64,000 bases of DNA from Podarcis cretensis (GCA_951804945.1 OX638157.1:33914001-33978000); one strand, 5' to 3'. Positions 27,743 to 42,200 are shown, numbered from the stretch's first letter. Notes: a model not told the origin generated them from the letters alone. Made by a program: numbers and translations.

Positions 27743-29259
27743 CAATCACAGGCTACATAAAAGTAAAATGCAAATAAAGACATAGGTAAAATAAATAAAC
27801 AAGTATAAACATAATAGATACTAAAGCTGCATATTCTTTGAACTAAATATTATTCCAACCTTTTAGTGTGTTTTGTATAATTTTGCCATAGTTTCTTTTA
27901 AAATTATTGATAGGATCATATTTTATTATTATTATTATTATTACAATTTATTACCTGCCTTTCACCCCAAGGTCCCAGGGTGGGTTACAACAATTAAAAC
28001 ACAATATCAAAATGTGTTTGAAACAAGTTAGGGTTCAAAGCAATTTAGGTTTACAACAAACTAGAGTGTTCAACAATATTTCTGAAAAAAGTTTTAATTT
28101 ATTGCCATGTAGCAATGTTTCATTAAAGCAGTTTTAGGGATTTCTTTGTATTTCATTCCCTCATAATGAAGCTTTTTTTTTTTTTTAACCCACACCTTAT
28201 AATCTGAAGACACTGAAACCTTGGAGGTTAAATTTCACCCCATAAAACATGTTAATGATGATTCTTCCATGTGGCCTTTGATAGTTTGATGGCAAACCGT
28301 GTATTGACACAACTGTAATATTTTCAAAAAGAACACTTCAAGAGAGCAAGTTTCTTTCTCATCTTAGCTGCAGGCATGCGACTCAGATTAGAATTTGATT
28401 TGGTGTCTTTTCTGAATGCCGCTACAAATTGTTTGTTACCTTTGCTCCCAATTACAGTCAAAATAGCTGATGTCTAGTGCTAACAATACACGGCTAGCAT
28501 AGCTGGCAGATTTGGATACCCGTCTGCTAATGCGCTGGCCCTTTTCATCTACAAAAAAGAAGGTCAATTTTCAGCATGACAGTAAATGCCTGGATTTGAA
28601 TGGTGGGATTAGTGCAACATATTTTCGTTTTCTGTCAGTCCCAGAAAATACATATATCTGTTGGTGACTACGATAATGGTTCAGTTAGAAAGGGAAGGAA
28701 AAACCAGTTTAAGATTGTTGTGGGATCTTTAGCTTTAGCAAATAGGAGAAAGGAGAAAGCAAATTGGTTTCAAAGTGCTACTTTTATAATGCTATATTGA
28801 AGTGAAAGTGTGCTTCTTCATCATCCAAATGTACAAAAAGCATCACTGAATCCTTGCCATGGCCTATCAGATTATTTATCGAAAAATAGAGTACCACAGA
28901 GCCTACAACAAGTGGAGTTTGTTCCTCAAGTCCAGTTGTTTCATTTGCATTCCCATATAATCCTACTGGCCATTTCACTAGGATTCCAGCAGTCATTTCC
29001 TGAACCAACGATTGTCAGTTTAGGAGAGACAGTGGCTCACTGGCTCTGAAGTTATAGTATCCCACTATCAATCCCAGGTGACTCCAAGTACCTGAGATAG
29101 CAGAGAAAAGTTTGACTTGTAAATCCAGAAAGCTTCTATTGGTTAGCCAGCCAGTCCTAGGTCCAGTGTAGGCTTCTATACATATACCTGATATCGCTTG
29201 AATTGGTGTTTTCAATGAATTTTTTTTTTAGTGTCTTCAAGGTGAATGTGGTTGATGTA

Positions 29260-29491
29260 CAGTGGAACCTCGTATTATGTACCGTCCTCCTTGCGAATGC
29301 TTGCGGGTTACGAGCTCCGGTAACCTGGAAGTAGATGCTCCCGGTTGCAAACTTTGCCCCAGGATGCGAGTGGAAGTCATGCACCAGCAGTGGGAAGCAC
29401 CATTAGCGAAAGCGTGCTTCATATTATGAGCAATTTCGGCTTAAGAATGGACCTCTGGAACAAATTAAGTTTGTAACCAGAGATACTACTG
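29260..29491. mobile_element. Tc1/pogo-type MITE with TA TSD
   Basis: TA|CAGTGGAACCTC...GAGATACTACTG|TA. Confidence 0.85.
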
Positions 29492-30940
29492 TAAAAGCTT
29501 TCTCTAGCCCAGTTTGCACATAATGCTAAACTTTGTTTCTTTAAACTATGGTTTGTTTGGTTGTCCAAGCCCTGTCCAGCAACTTAACTAGGGTTTCTTT
29601 ACTGTGAACAAACCACAGTATGAAGCCATGGTTTGTTGCTGGCATACAGACCGTAGTTTGCTTTAACTATTTCTTGGTGTTTTGTGCAAACCCAGTACAC
29701 ATCCTTAACCATAGTATGTTAGGCCACCCTATCCCAGACATGTAACCAAGCTATAAAGGCATGAAACAAGAGCATCTGGAATACAATAATGCAATCTTGG
29801 GATAAACAATCATGCAGAACTATCATGCAGAAATAGATGGTGACTGGAACAATACATTGTATAGATTGTCCGTGTTCTTCAGTCTAGGTTACAATTCTAC
29901 ATAGGTAGCTATAACCAGGGCTACCAGAGAAGTCATAACAAGTAGTTGGGTTTCAGTAATGTAAAATCACAGTAATTCTCCTCTCCTAAATCCATAATTC
30001 AGCATAATCCTATACAAATCAAGAAATTTGTGATGCTTCAATATACTTGGGAGCAAACCCCCATGGAAATTGGACAGAATTTACCTAGATTTATGCTGCA
30101 TGACCTGTTTATTTCAGTGGGGAAGAATAAAGCACATGCTCAAATATCTTCAGTTTTACAAATGGGACTTTAAAACACTGTATTTTTGCTAAACCACATC
30201 CACTTTGTTGTAACAACTTTACTATTTGCCTATCAAAATGGAAAACTACTGAAATAGAACATTAAAGCCCAGTTATCACTGCTACCTAGGGAGTACTGAA
30301 CTCTCCCCACTGCTGTTTCTTCTATTTAATATAGAGCACCAGCTATGTGTACATGCCACAGAATTATTCTTTGTTTTCTCAGAAGTTTCTTTCTTTCCCC
30401 CCACAGCACGGAAAAGGATATGCTAGTCAATTCTACGGGACTTACCTGAAGCAGCATGATTTGCACAAAAGTCGACCAACAAAAGCATCAACTTTTCAAC
30501 GTCATTATCTTGGCCATCCGATTCTGTGTAAAACTGAAGATTTACTGTGCTGTTGGAGACATCTTGGCCAATAATAGGACCTAATTGCTCTCAGCAGGCC
30601 TGAGAAATGAGTTGAAATGTATGGAACTGTAGAAACTTCAAGGGGCAACTGACTTTGCCTCCCTGATCAGTGTGTGCCTGTTTACAGCACTATATCGCTC
30701 TCTGTTTCTCTTTCTCTCTCCAAAATGTCACTGAGCCCTTTAGATGTTTATATTCGCCACAAGAAGCCAATCGTACAGATTTTAAAAAAGGAAACGTGCA
30801 TTATAAATGCAATATCACTGTTTTAAACTTGACTGTTTTATATTATTTTTGTGTGATCAAGTGTCCCCCAGACTATTCCAACTTTACAAAAGAAATTGTG
30901 AATCATGTTCTTTTCACCTGTGGGTCATGGAAATGTTGTT

Positions 30941-31079
30941 NNNNNNNNNNNNNNNNNNNNNNNNNNNNNNNNNNNNNNNNNNNNNNNNNNNNNNNNNNNN
31001 NNNNNNNNNNNNNNNNNNNNNNNNNNNNNNNNNNNNNNNNNNNNNNNNNNNNNNNNNNNNNNNNNNNNNNNNNNNNNNN
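30941..31079. other. Assembly gap (N run)
   Basis: Run of N. Confidence 1.
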
Positions 31080-32248
31080 GTACCATTTAGTTGATTTTTA
31101 AATGAATTCATACAATCCGCACCATACACTAAAGCGAGAAGGTAATTCAGGGTCCTTAAATTATCCTTGCCTAAAAATAAAATAAATCTTTAATAATACT
31201 TCCCAAATTTTTGTACTTTGGTCAATCCTGTTTGTCCTTGTTAAAAAAAAAAAAAAGCTGTAAGCAACAACATTTTTTTCCTGAAAGTTGTACTGAATTT
31301 TCAATGCCAAAGATACAGCTGTCAATAATTATGAAAATGAGCACTGACTATGTACTATCGAAGTATATATATCAACCTCCATTATTTTGATTCTATTTCT
31401 ATGGTTTTTAATTTGGAATCAAAAAACTTTTTATAAAGGCTCTATAAACTCACATGTATATGTTGTTAAAGAGTACACTGGGTGTCTGTACATTTTGCAA
31501 TGTAAGATATGATGTTAAGTGAAGATAACTATTTTAAGGCAATCTCCCCACACACACATGCGCCACCAGACTCATAGCTGGCAACATATATCATCCTTTA
31601 ACCTTGTTTTGCACAAATACATCTTTTCATGCTGACTTGCAGTGGTTTTCAAAGAAAGGCCCACCACAAAGTCATACATGTTGCCAAGCCATTAATTTGA
31701 TTAATTTCTCTTTAACGTAAAAGCGATTTGAAGTTAGGAATAGTCAGAACCAGCTTCAGTGGTAAGCAGGTTAGTCCTGCCTGTGTTATCGTTTTGTAGT
31801 TTGGATGGTTTGAAGCCTCTCAGAAAGGATATTTTTATCAGAAAAAGAATAAATTGTCAAAAATTCAAAATGCTACAAAGTAAAGGCTTCCTTTACTTTC
31901 ATGGCCTCTGATTACAAGTACCATTGAAAAAAGAAAGGTCAAATATAGTGAGGTTTTTCGTTTGTTCTTTCTGTCGTAATGCTACTGTCTTTTTCTTTCT
32001 CTCTGATGACTACCTGTCAAATGTTCAGGAAAACAACAACCATAAAAGCATGTCTTGTGTTTCAGTTGGAGGTAATGGATGCAGTGCCCTTTTGAATGAA
32101 GGATAAGAATCCACTCTTTTTATTTTGGAAGCTTTTGGTTCATACCCTAGGACCATAAAATTGCTTCCTTGCTGACAATGAATTCTGTTCACAGGGTATA
32201 TATGACTCAGTATAAGTAAGGGTGGGGGGGAGTGAAAATACTATTACA

Positions 32249-32249
32249 C

Positions 32250-32290
<41 letters not shown>
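32249..32290 (+). repeat. (TTA)n microsatellite
   Basis: Direct reading. Confidence 0.95.
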
Positions 32291-32291
<1 letters not shown>

Positions 32292-35200
32292 GTCTGTGTA
32301 TACAGCAATGCACACATGAAGCTTCCCTGCAGGCAGACTTCCTCATTCACTTCTGTGGTGGGGGTAACTGTTTGCAAGCATATCTTTGTACTTCCAGGTG
32401 TGTAAGTGCATCAGAGTCCCAATAGCTGCAAATTGTTGCAGAGCAGACTGACACCAGTAGTAGCTACAAGAATTTATTCCGCCAATTATTTTCTGCCGTA
32501 TTCCCATTGTGTGAAAGGGAACTGTGTGTACAAAAGTTGTTGACTTATAAGCAATGTTAGTTTCCAAACTCGTAACAAAACAAAACAAAATATTCCTGCT
32601 AAATACTTTTAGTGCATATTTCTAAATTATTTATATATTGACAGGGATTTCTTGGGATCCATTTAACAATGTGTATTATATATGAATCACAGAAGAAGAA
32701 GAAAGCACACAAATTAACTATTAATTTGAGCAAACACAGCCGTAAATTCTTCTTTAGCTTTAGGTAATGGGAGTTCTGGTCACCTATATGCCTTGTTAAG
32801 TTTTATGGCGGGGAGGGGGGAATGGGCTATTAATAATGAAATGTGTGAAGAATATTTCATTTGAAGAAATCTGTCAACTTGAGCGTGCTTTTAAGGCAAG
32901 AAATGAAATGCCCCTCCTGGAACTGGTTTTGCTTTATTTTTATAGCCTCTCTATACAGAGGTGTATACTGTAAATTAGGGTTGTTTCTAGTCCTGTGGAG
33001 AAAAAAATATCACTTTTTCTTTTTCTTTTTTATAGACTATTAAAGGTGTTTTTATTTACTGAAAATCTCCCTCACATTTTGCCCGCAACTTTTTTGGGGA
33101 AAGTATTCATAATGCTGTTATTTCATCTGTCTTTTCTAGTGCATTTATTCCATCTCTCTCTATAATAGATTATGAGTAGAAGACATGGGCATGCATCAAT
33201 TCATTTCATGCTTTCGCCTTTCCTTATTCTCCTGTTTCTGTATATGCTCAGTGCAACTGAGGTCAGTGGGAGACTTGTGCATGGAAACATGATCAAGCTG
33301 GGCTTTTAGATGCCTAAACAGAAGATGCTAACTACTACAAAGGGGAATGGTTCAAGGACAACTTCCTTCCCCAACCTGGTTGCCTTCAGATGTTTTGGCC
33401 TAGGACTCCCATCAGCTCAAGCCAGCATGACCAATGGTCATTCATGGAAGATAAGTCTTGTAGTCCAACAGTGACTGGAGGGCATCTGGTTGTGGAGTAG
33501 CCTGATCTACTACTGTCAGTGATTACCTTTTGTTACTACAAGGTGTCTTCTGGTATATGTCCCTAGAAGAGCGTTTTCTGGTATTTGTGGCCTGGTGGAA
33601 ACCCAAACCTATGTTTTTAAAAACCAGTAGCACATTATGCAGGTGAAACAATTCACCACATGGACTGATGTGAGAAAATCTCTTCATTTTGAAGAAACAA
33701 TTTTAGAAAAAATTGACCTGCTGGAGAAATTAAGCATATTCCTCTTGCTCAGCAGCAGCCAATGTGGTGACTTCCAGATCTATGGGATTTCAGCTTTAAT
33801 AATCCTTGACCATTGGCTGCACAGGTTGGGTTAGAAGGAAGTCGTAGTCCAATTTCATCAGTACAGCATCATGCTGGCCACCTCTGCTGTAGCTATTGCA
33901 TAGACAAGAGTGTAAAATATTCAAATAACTTAAATACTAAGTTTGTTGACTTGATGCACTTTTGCTGTAGGCATAAAGACAACTGGGATTTTTTTCTTTT
34001 CTGATTTCCTTGTGAACCATCAAATGTGGAATTTGATTTTCTTTCAAGACTCCAAATTCTCTGCACTTTCACTCATCCTAAGACTCTTGGGGAAACATTC
34101 ACAGCAACTTCCAATACAGTATGAGAAGTTGCTGTGAAAGATATAGAAGTTTCAGGTGTGATCCTAAAGGACTTATCCAACACAACTAAAACCAACATAA
34201 TCTGCTTAAAGAGAATGGATCCTTCTAGCTTTCTGCATGCCAAATGCCTGCACAGGTATAGAATATCTGAGGTGGTACAAATGCAGTTCTGCAGCTGAAG
34301 CTAAGCAGGTTTAAGACGTGTAAGCTGCCTGATGGGAAACCACCCAAGTACAAGAGAAAAGTATGTTGTGGACTATTTGAAGGAACTACAGGATGTCAGT
34401 TTCTCAGGCATGGTAGACTTGCAGCAATGCAGCCGGGGGGGGGTGCGGTATTGGAAATGACAACATGCAGCTACTTTTAGAATAGTTTGCATCCACTTAT
34501 TAGATAGCATATCAAGGTGTGTGTGTGTGGTTTGGATTTTTCATCAAAATTATATGAATGGGCCCCAAATCCCATAACAGAAGGGTGGTTTTAAAAGCCA
34601 ATATATTTTATTTTATTTTATTTTTACTTTGAGGATCTTTCCCTAGAGTAAAAATAAACAATTTAAACAATTCCTTGCATTTCTGAACGCTGTTTAAGTT
34701 TTCCAATACTGATGAAGTATGTAAAATGGCATTTAGTATTTCAGCCCCAGATTCACAGAGCTGCATATGGCACAGAACCTCAGCTTCCTCCTTTCAACAG
34801 CAAGCCCCTGATAGGATCTGCATTTGATCTGATCTGCATTGTCCAGCAAGATTCTCCTGCACCTTGCCAGAAATTTCACAGAAGCCTCCAATGCAATGTG
34901 AGGAGATTTCAGCTGTGAAAAATTGAGCAGGTCCAAGTTTAAAGCTTGAGTAGGTTGCCTTAAGCCTGGCCAACACAATTAAATTATAATTGCTTTTGGT
35001 TATGTCACAGAGATTGTAAACAGATGCAGCCTGACATGTTAGGAACCCTAACATGAATCAGATCATTAGTCCATCTAACTCAGTGTTGTCTACACTGACT
35101 TGCAGTGGCTCTCCAGGTTTTCATCCTTTCCAAGCCCTACTTGAGATGCCAGGTAAAGACCTTTAGCTTTCAAAGCCTCTGCTGTTAACACGGAGCTGTG

Positions 35201-37386
35201 GTCATTCACCGTAATGTTAAGTCAGAAGCAAGAGTTCTCATTGCAACATTTCCCAAACTATTCTTTCTTTGCAATTTTTTAAACTTCATTTAATATCATG
35301 GTTTTAATGTCCACCAAATAGTTCAAATGTCTAACAAAGAGATGGAAAACAAGATTTAGCCCTTTTATGTTACATTGCTTAAGTTGCAACTGCAACCTCA
35401 GCTAATGGAGAACAATCCAACCACCATCACCACCACTTATGCCAGGATTGGATTGAGTAGAGGCAAGCTGGCCTCCAGATCTGTGGGCAGGCAGCATCCC
35501 CACCAGTGGAAACCAGTGAAGAGGCCCCAAATGGGGCATTCTGGGGCAAGGAAGGGACTGAGCTGGCTGAGGACCTGCTGACTCCCAAGCCGGTCTCGCA
35601 GCTTTGCAAACTGACATTGGGCCCAGTCTGGACCCGATGGTCCTGCCTCACACGTTCCATTGTGGCTCCCATAAGTAGAGTTGCCACATGTCTTGTACAA
35701 TACAGGGTAGACCCATATTTCAATGTAAAATGCTGTGTCCTGTATTGATACAGTTTTGTCTTGTATTACAGGTCTCTTTCTCTGCCCAGATAAGGATCCT
35801 CTCCAAATGCATGTGTTTTAAAATGTGTGTGAAAGGTTATGTCTTTAAGTTCTGGGTAGTCGAGCACAGACAGATTTACAAATTCATGTTTATGTGTGCG
35901 TGTGTGCATGCGTGTGTGACAAATTCCAGAGGAGTCATCCTATTAGGCTGCAATATATCTTAATGTATTGCTTTGAAGCCACCTCAGCACTAGAAGAAAA
36001 AAAGATGTCCTGCCCTGTATTTTGCCAGAAGAAAGATGGCAACCATACCCATGAGACTTCAGAAGCAGCTGTGGCTCCATCTCTCCAAAAAGGCACAAGG
36101 TCAGGGGTTGCAGGGAGTTTGAATTGCAGCCTAAATACAATTGAACACACTTACTTCAATGTGCTTCTTGCTAAGCACAGTCAAGCTTTTATTTAATTTA
36201 TTTATTTTAGTTATTGCCCATCTACACATTCTTTTTCGTATTTATGACTGCCTCACTCATGGGTCACACACACATGCAGCATATACAGGGAAGGATCTTA
36301 GCTTGGTGGCAGAGCACAGGCTTTGCATACAAAAGTTTCCAGATTCATACCCTGGCAACAGGAAATATGCCTGTATGAAACCCTATGAAAATGCTGCCAT
36401 TCAGTGTGGACAGTAATGGGCTGGAAGCACCAATGATCTGATTTAACTGGCCCTTGTCATTATTCCATGAACATAAGGGCTCTGCCAGATTGGGTCAAAG
36501 ACCAATTTATCCAGCATACTGTTCTCACAGTGACCAACCAGATGGTTTTAGAAAACCTGCAATCGGGACCTGAGTGCAGTGAAACTCTCCCCACATGTGT
36601 TCCTTGCTATTTATAGGGATACTCCATCCCAACTGTGGAGGTAAAGCAACACCATCGTGGCAGGTGGTCTTCTAACACACGATGGAAAATTTGCAAAGTT
36701 TCCCGAAGGTCACTACTGGCCAAGCGCCTTGATCCATCAGTTCATATCCAAGTGACCTGTTGCACATACAGATTCATCTACCTGCAGGACTCTTGTGAAA
36801 GCAACATGCACACATAGCTACCATTCTTGAAAGGAACAGCCAAGTCCTGGTTGTAGGCTTTACATGTGAGCCTCAGTGAAATGCAATACTGTTACATCCC
36901 AACAAGATGTGTGATTCCCATTAATTTTGATGTGCCTTGATCGACAGCAGCTTCTAATGGGTTGTGTTCACAATCCTGAAATTAATAATAAACTTCAGGG
37001 GTGGACCAAATGTATCTGGGAGTTGTGGATTAAATGGAGAATAAAAATGGTGTAATCTGTCCAGTATTCCAATAAGACTTCATATAACCAGGGATGGAAA
37101 ATCTTTTCAAGAGCTCTCCCATCTTATCCTGCACCCCACGTGTCTGCTAATATGCCTCTGGTATAAATGAAAGTGTGCACATAAATACTGTCTTCCTCTA
37201 GCACATAGTTCATTGCTGATTACCAGCAGGTGAGGCAGCCACCTCAGGTGGCAGGATCCACAGAGGCAGCACATCCGGTCTCCAAGGGATGCTGTTCCAT
37301 GGTGGCAGCAACAACTGTGGGATGCTCCTTAGGTACCAAATCTGCCACTTCCTCAGCAGCTCTCTCCTGCAATGCCATCTGTACAG

Positions 37387-37681
37387 CAGGGGCATAGCTA
37401 GCTGCTCCAGCACCCACAGGGGCAGGGTGATCCACACACGGGGGTGGGGTGAGCCGCCCACAGGGGTGCCGTGGTGAGCTGTCCATGGAGTCCACCTGGC
37501 ATATGCAAACCCCACACTGCCATTTCTGGCAGCGCAGGGGCTGAGCCACCGCGTCACTCCCAGGAGAGACGCGTGGCTCGGGTGCACTGCAGGGCAGGCC
37601 CCGTGCTAAATGCTGCCCCCCCATGGTGTGTCATTTTGTGACCCCCTCAGGGCAACCCGCACCCCCCTTCCTACGTTGCTG
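37387..37681. mobile_element. GC-rich hAT MITE, 8-bp TSD CTGTACAG, nested in an older hAT MITE (~37225-37862)
   Basis: TSD at 37379-86 and 37682-89; the flanking sequence CCTCAGGTGGCAGGATCCACAG matches the element at 56366. Confidence 0.8.
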
Positions 37682-37995
37682 CTGTACAGCAGCCTTTGGG
37701 TGAATAGGAGACACTGCTGGTCTCCTCCCACCCTTGTTCCCAACACAGATCTTTATTACCTCCTTGATCCTGATGCAGATCTTCACTCACCCCTTCTTCC
37801 CTGGCAGAAGCTGGCATCATTTTGTCATTCACAGCATCTGCCCAAATGTATTGGGCTGGCCCTAATTATCTGCGTCTTTGTAGATACTCTTCTGTGTCAC
37901 ATGCAAGAGCATATTTTGACAGCTTTCTCAAATTGAAATTGTTTTAGAATTTGAGTTTGTTAATAAAGTTCATGAGACTGTGTGTCCTCTTATGG

Positions 37996-38131
37996 CAGTG
38001 ATGACCAAACTTGGCCCTCCAGCTGTTTTCGGACTACAATTCCCATCATCCCTGACCACTGGTCCTGTTAGCTAGGGGTGATGGGAATTGTAGTCCCAAA
38101 AAAGCTGGAGGTCCAAGTTTGGCCATCACTG
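37996..38131. mobile_element. Palindromic hAT MITE, 8-bp TSD TCTTATGG
   Basis: CAGTGATGACCAAACTTGG...CCAAGTTTGGCCATCACTG; near-perfect foldback; TSD at 37988-95 and 38132-39. Confidence 0.93.
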
Positions 38132-38460
38132 TCTTATGGGAATATAAATCAATGGTCTCTGTGTACAGTTCTCTTCAATGACTTCAAAGGTAGAAATGAT
38201 ATACACTTTTAAGAATAAGTATGAGCATTTGTCCATGGGATAGTTACATTGTCATTTCTGTCTTATTAGGTCAAAGGTCCACTGAAATCAAGCAGTTAAT
38301 CTAGTGTAATCTCGTCAACAATGGAATTCTTTATTTAGATGATGTTTGTTTATTTAGGATCTAGGTTACTGAGATGAAATAGAACCGAGGTCTCTGTAAA
38401 ATATCAATTGTAATAAATCATGTTCCATTGTTTCAATTTAGCCAGAGTTTTATCCTAAAG

Positions 38461-38595
38461 CAGGGGTGGGGAACTTGTGACTGTTCAGATGTTTTAGGAC
38501 TCCAATTTCCATTAGCCACAGCCAGTATGGCTAATGGTCAAGGATGATGGGAGCTCTAGTCCAACCTCTGGAGGGACCCAGGTTCCTAATCTCTG
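38461..38595. mobile_element. Older palindromic hAT MITE (related decayed copies at ~2100, 4570, 24775, 33365, 41310, 57460)
   Basis: CAGGGGTGGGGAAC...GTTCCTAATCTCTG; imperfect TSD TCCTAAAG/TCCTAAGC; shared ACTCCCATC/GATGGGAG-like core. Confidence 0.7.
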
Positions 38596-39216
38596 TCCTA
38601 AGCATTCTGAATCACACTGAACAAATGCCTAGCAATGACGGCTGTGCACACAATCATTTCCCCCCAGCAAGCTCACTGTGGTCCTACAGATAACCAGAGT
38701 AGCTCTTGATACTATAGAGTGCATGGTGTATATGTCTAGGGGGGGGGGCAGATACTAGGTGTTTCTGTTATGTTTTTCTTTATTACCAGAAATTAGAAGT
38801 TTTTGTATGTGTTGGAAAACTAGCCCCCTCGGGAGAGGCTGGCCCCTCTCCCAGGCTCCAGGGGCTTGTTTGCCGGTGATCTACCCTGGCTGGCATCCCA
38901 GCAGTCCAGGGAGATCTTGATAGGCGACACCTCCCTGATGAAAGGTGCACACCCCCTTCCCCCTTGCATACCAGCAGGAGAAAGAAGTTAGTCAGAAAGT
39001 CTATTTCATCTCTACTTTATTTCTGACTGTACAACTGTACAATAACATGTCTGCTCACTCAGTCTTCTCTGAGCAGTTGCTTGTTCGCAGCTGCGTAGTA
39101 CTCATATCCCAACAGTATGTTCCTGCACGTAGGTAGAAACAGTCTCAAGATACATTAAAAGCATGGGCCACAGGAATTTCAGGCTGCTTATAATGTTCAC
39201 CTGCATCACATAGACA

Positions 39217-39227
39217 CTATCTATCTG

Positions 39228-39272
<45 letters not shown>
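39217..39272 (+). repeat. (TCTA)n microsatellite
   Basis: Direct reading. Confidence 0.95.
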
Positions 39273-42200
39273 GCATGTTCTCCTGAATGCTCTCAATACA
39301 TTGCTTACTTTTGCTTCTGGCTTCAGCTTCTGGTGCTATGCCAGAGTGCTCTAGAGGGGTCCCTGGACCCACAAGGAGCTGCACCTGGGAAATTGAGGGG
39401 TAGTGGGACATGCACATGCAGAAGCCATATTACATTTATTTGGTTCTATATTAATATTTCCTCCCCTAGATTAATCTCTGTCCTGACCCTAGGGGCTACT
39501 TCAAACATGACCAATTTACTAACTGGAAAGTACATCTGTGTAGGAAGAAGCATGTTAGGCCTATGGAGGTGGCTATACATTTATAATGAGTAACAGATTA
39601 TTCCCTGCACAGATCTTCCTTTTGAGTGGTTAGGATGTTAGCAAAGAGTATGTGTGATGTTTGTATATTTCTCTGTTTGGCTGCATATATAACGTATATC
39701 AGAAAAGACATATGTATGCATATTTTTCTTATTACACATAAGTAACATCTGTGCAGGAAATCTGTTAGGTTTGAAGCATCCCTAAGGTTTGCAGTGAAAG
39801 AACAAAATGTTTGAACTGTGGTATACAGACAGTTGCACAGTTTTATGTATGTGTTGATGTTGCAGGGATGAGTTGCCAATATTTCAGAGAGAAAGCACCA
39901 GGGAATTTTTTTAGGATCCGGGGTCAGAGGAGCTATTTTCAAAATTCAATAATTTGGGCCAATAGAAACACATCTGCCTGACTTTCCAGATTGTCTAAAG
40001 TAGTATTTTTAAATAAAAATCTCCATTTCATTGTGGAAGTGCTGTTGCCAGGAATAAAGATAGCACTTCATTATGCCAGCATTAATCCACTTCGAACAGC
40101 TTCTTGAGACTTGACAGTACTGTTTGTTGGTTTCTTCACAACATAATCCAGTCCAGGTCTGCTCCAACTGAAGTCCTATTGAATTTCAAGGGAATTACTC
40201 CAAGGTAAATGGCATAGGCTTGCAGCCTCAAGTAGAGCACAGGCTTTTAAATTAGCATAGAGCTGAATGTATTGTGGTCACGTCACCTTTAGCTTTATTT
40301 CTTGGTGTGATTGATTGCACAGTTTTAACTTTTTATTAAGATTGGATTGTTCTCACTGTGAGTGTTAATGGGCAAGTGTCTGTTGATGTGCAGAGGAGAA
40401 GAAATGAGTGTCTGTCTCTCTGCAGGTGCTCACCTTATGCAGCTCCCAAGCTTCTCCCCAGGAATGTTTAAGTTATGTGAAAGGGACTTGCTAACTAATT
40501 CTTCTCAGAGCTTAGAGCATATTTAACATACCGTGTGCACTGTGTGCTGTTAAAATATGTAAACTCAAAAACACACAAGTTCAGTGTGCAATTCCCACAA
40601 TCATATTTTATTCAGATTCATTCACCTTCCCTGAAATGATTAAAACAGTGTGTGTGTGTATGACTGAAGATCATTTTTTCCTCAGACAAAGCTAAACTAT
40701 GCTTTTCCACCTGGGAACAGTAAGAGTCGAGAACAAGTTCGAGAAAAGCCTTGTGGCTGGTTTTGTTCTGCTAATGGCTGATGGATGAGAGACATTATGA
40801 TGATGGTATTGTCAGGATTCCGGCCATGAAGGCTGAGACAAAATATGGATTCAGACTGCAGATTAAGTCCAAGTTATCAATCCAATGGGTTGACAGGGTC
40901 ACGACATGCACAATAAATGCATTTGGATTGCCTCAGTGAAGTTCTGAGCAAGAGTCATCTGCCCAGAGCCAATCTAGACAGCACAGTTTGCAAGTTTGAA
41001 ATATACATTTTGGACAAGGCTTGAGACTGAGGCCAAGGTTTCTACCAATGGGTTAGAAACTGAAGATTCAACTGAGTTGGGTAATTATACAAAGTTGCCT
41101 TGCCACAGACATGCATGATTGTTTAGACAACCAGACTAGTAAAGCTAGTCTAGGTAGCACTATGACAAATCTACCTTTCTCCATGCTTGTTGTGCAATGA
41201 TCAGCTTCTTAGGCCAGGAATTCAAAAAGATTTCAGTTCCACAGATACCTACCTCTGATTATGTCCATACATCCTTCTCTCAGCTGCTGCTAACTAAAGC
41301 TTGTGAAATCAGGAAAGCAAAGCACCAGTATTCTTTAGACTCCAATCCCCACTGGCCTCATCCACCAAGCCCAATGTTCAGGGATGATGGAAGTTGCAGT
41401 TCAGCACCGTATTGAAAGCTACCAGTTCACCATCACTGATCTAGCTGTTCTAATGGTTTCCATTATTTGTGCCTGAACTGTGTTAGAAGGCAATCTAAAA
41501 TCCATGAATTATATAGGCATAGTGATAAATTGGCCAAGTAACTGTATGGTGCCATATAGTAGCGCACTGTGTGGAAACAAATGTAGCACTAAACTGTATA
41601 GTAACAAGTGAAGTTAACCATTTGTTCTGGTTTTGTTGACTTCCCTCGGTACTATTAGCTGCCATATGTAGGCTTTTGCTTATCAGCAATGAAAACATTT
41701 TAAAAAAAAAAGTTAGCCTACCAAACAATCTGTGGAATTTGAAACAGTTGCATAAAATAGAGAATGCAAGAGAAGATACCCAACTATCATCCTGTTAGGT
41801 TATTCTGAAATACAATTGCCCAGACATTCTAGAAGATAATTGCAAATAGACTAGATAGAAAATGGTAGTAACAGTGCAAGCCTATGCATGTCTCCTCAAA
41901 AGTAAATGCTATTGAGTTCGGTGGGATTAGCTCACATCATGTAAGCATTTATAAAATCGCAACCTTGAGGTGATAGGGGAGGCTTGGAATAGAGGAGTGT
42001 AGCATGGACCAAAATTCTAATGCAATCTTGGGAACAGAAATATTTCTTTTAAAATACTTAAGCATTATTGTTTTATGACCCACTTATTGGGAATTGTTCT
42101 TCCATGGAGAATAATAATTCCAGGCCATATTGCAGATGCAGCTCCAGTTACTTTCACCTTTTAGAACAGCATGGACAGATACTGAGTCAGTAAAAGCAAA

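Larger units (their letters stand above)
24391..33070 (+). other. Putative long 3' UTR; candidate poly(A) signals AATAAA 31176/31181 and ATTAAA 33039
   Basis: TE-poor, U-rich block at ~29800-33100 with miRNA seed matches (TTTGCACA 30460 and 31608; TGTTTACA 30679; TGCAATA 30808) and U/GU-rich sequence after the poly(A) signals. Confidence 0.45.

Noticed and set aside
30670-31129. ORFs spanning N runs (also 59555-59906)
   Set aside because: Artefacts of translating assembly gaps.
40810-41167. TGTCA...TGACA-bounded segment as a solo LTR
   Set aside because: No TSD and no other LTR signal.
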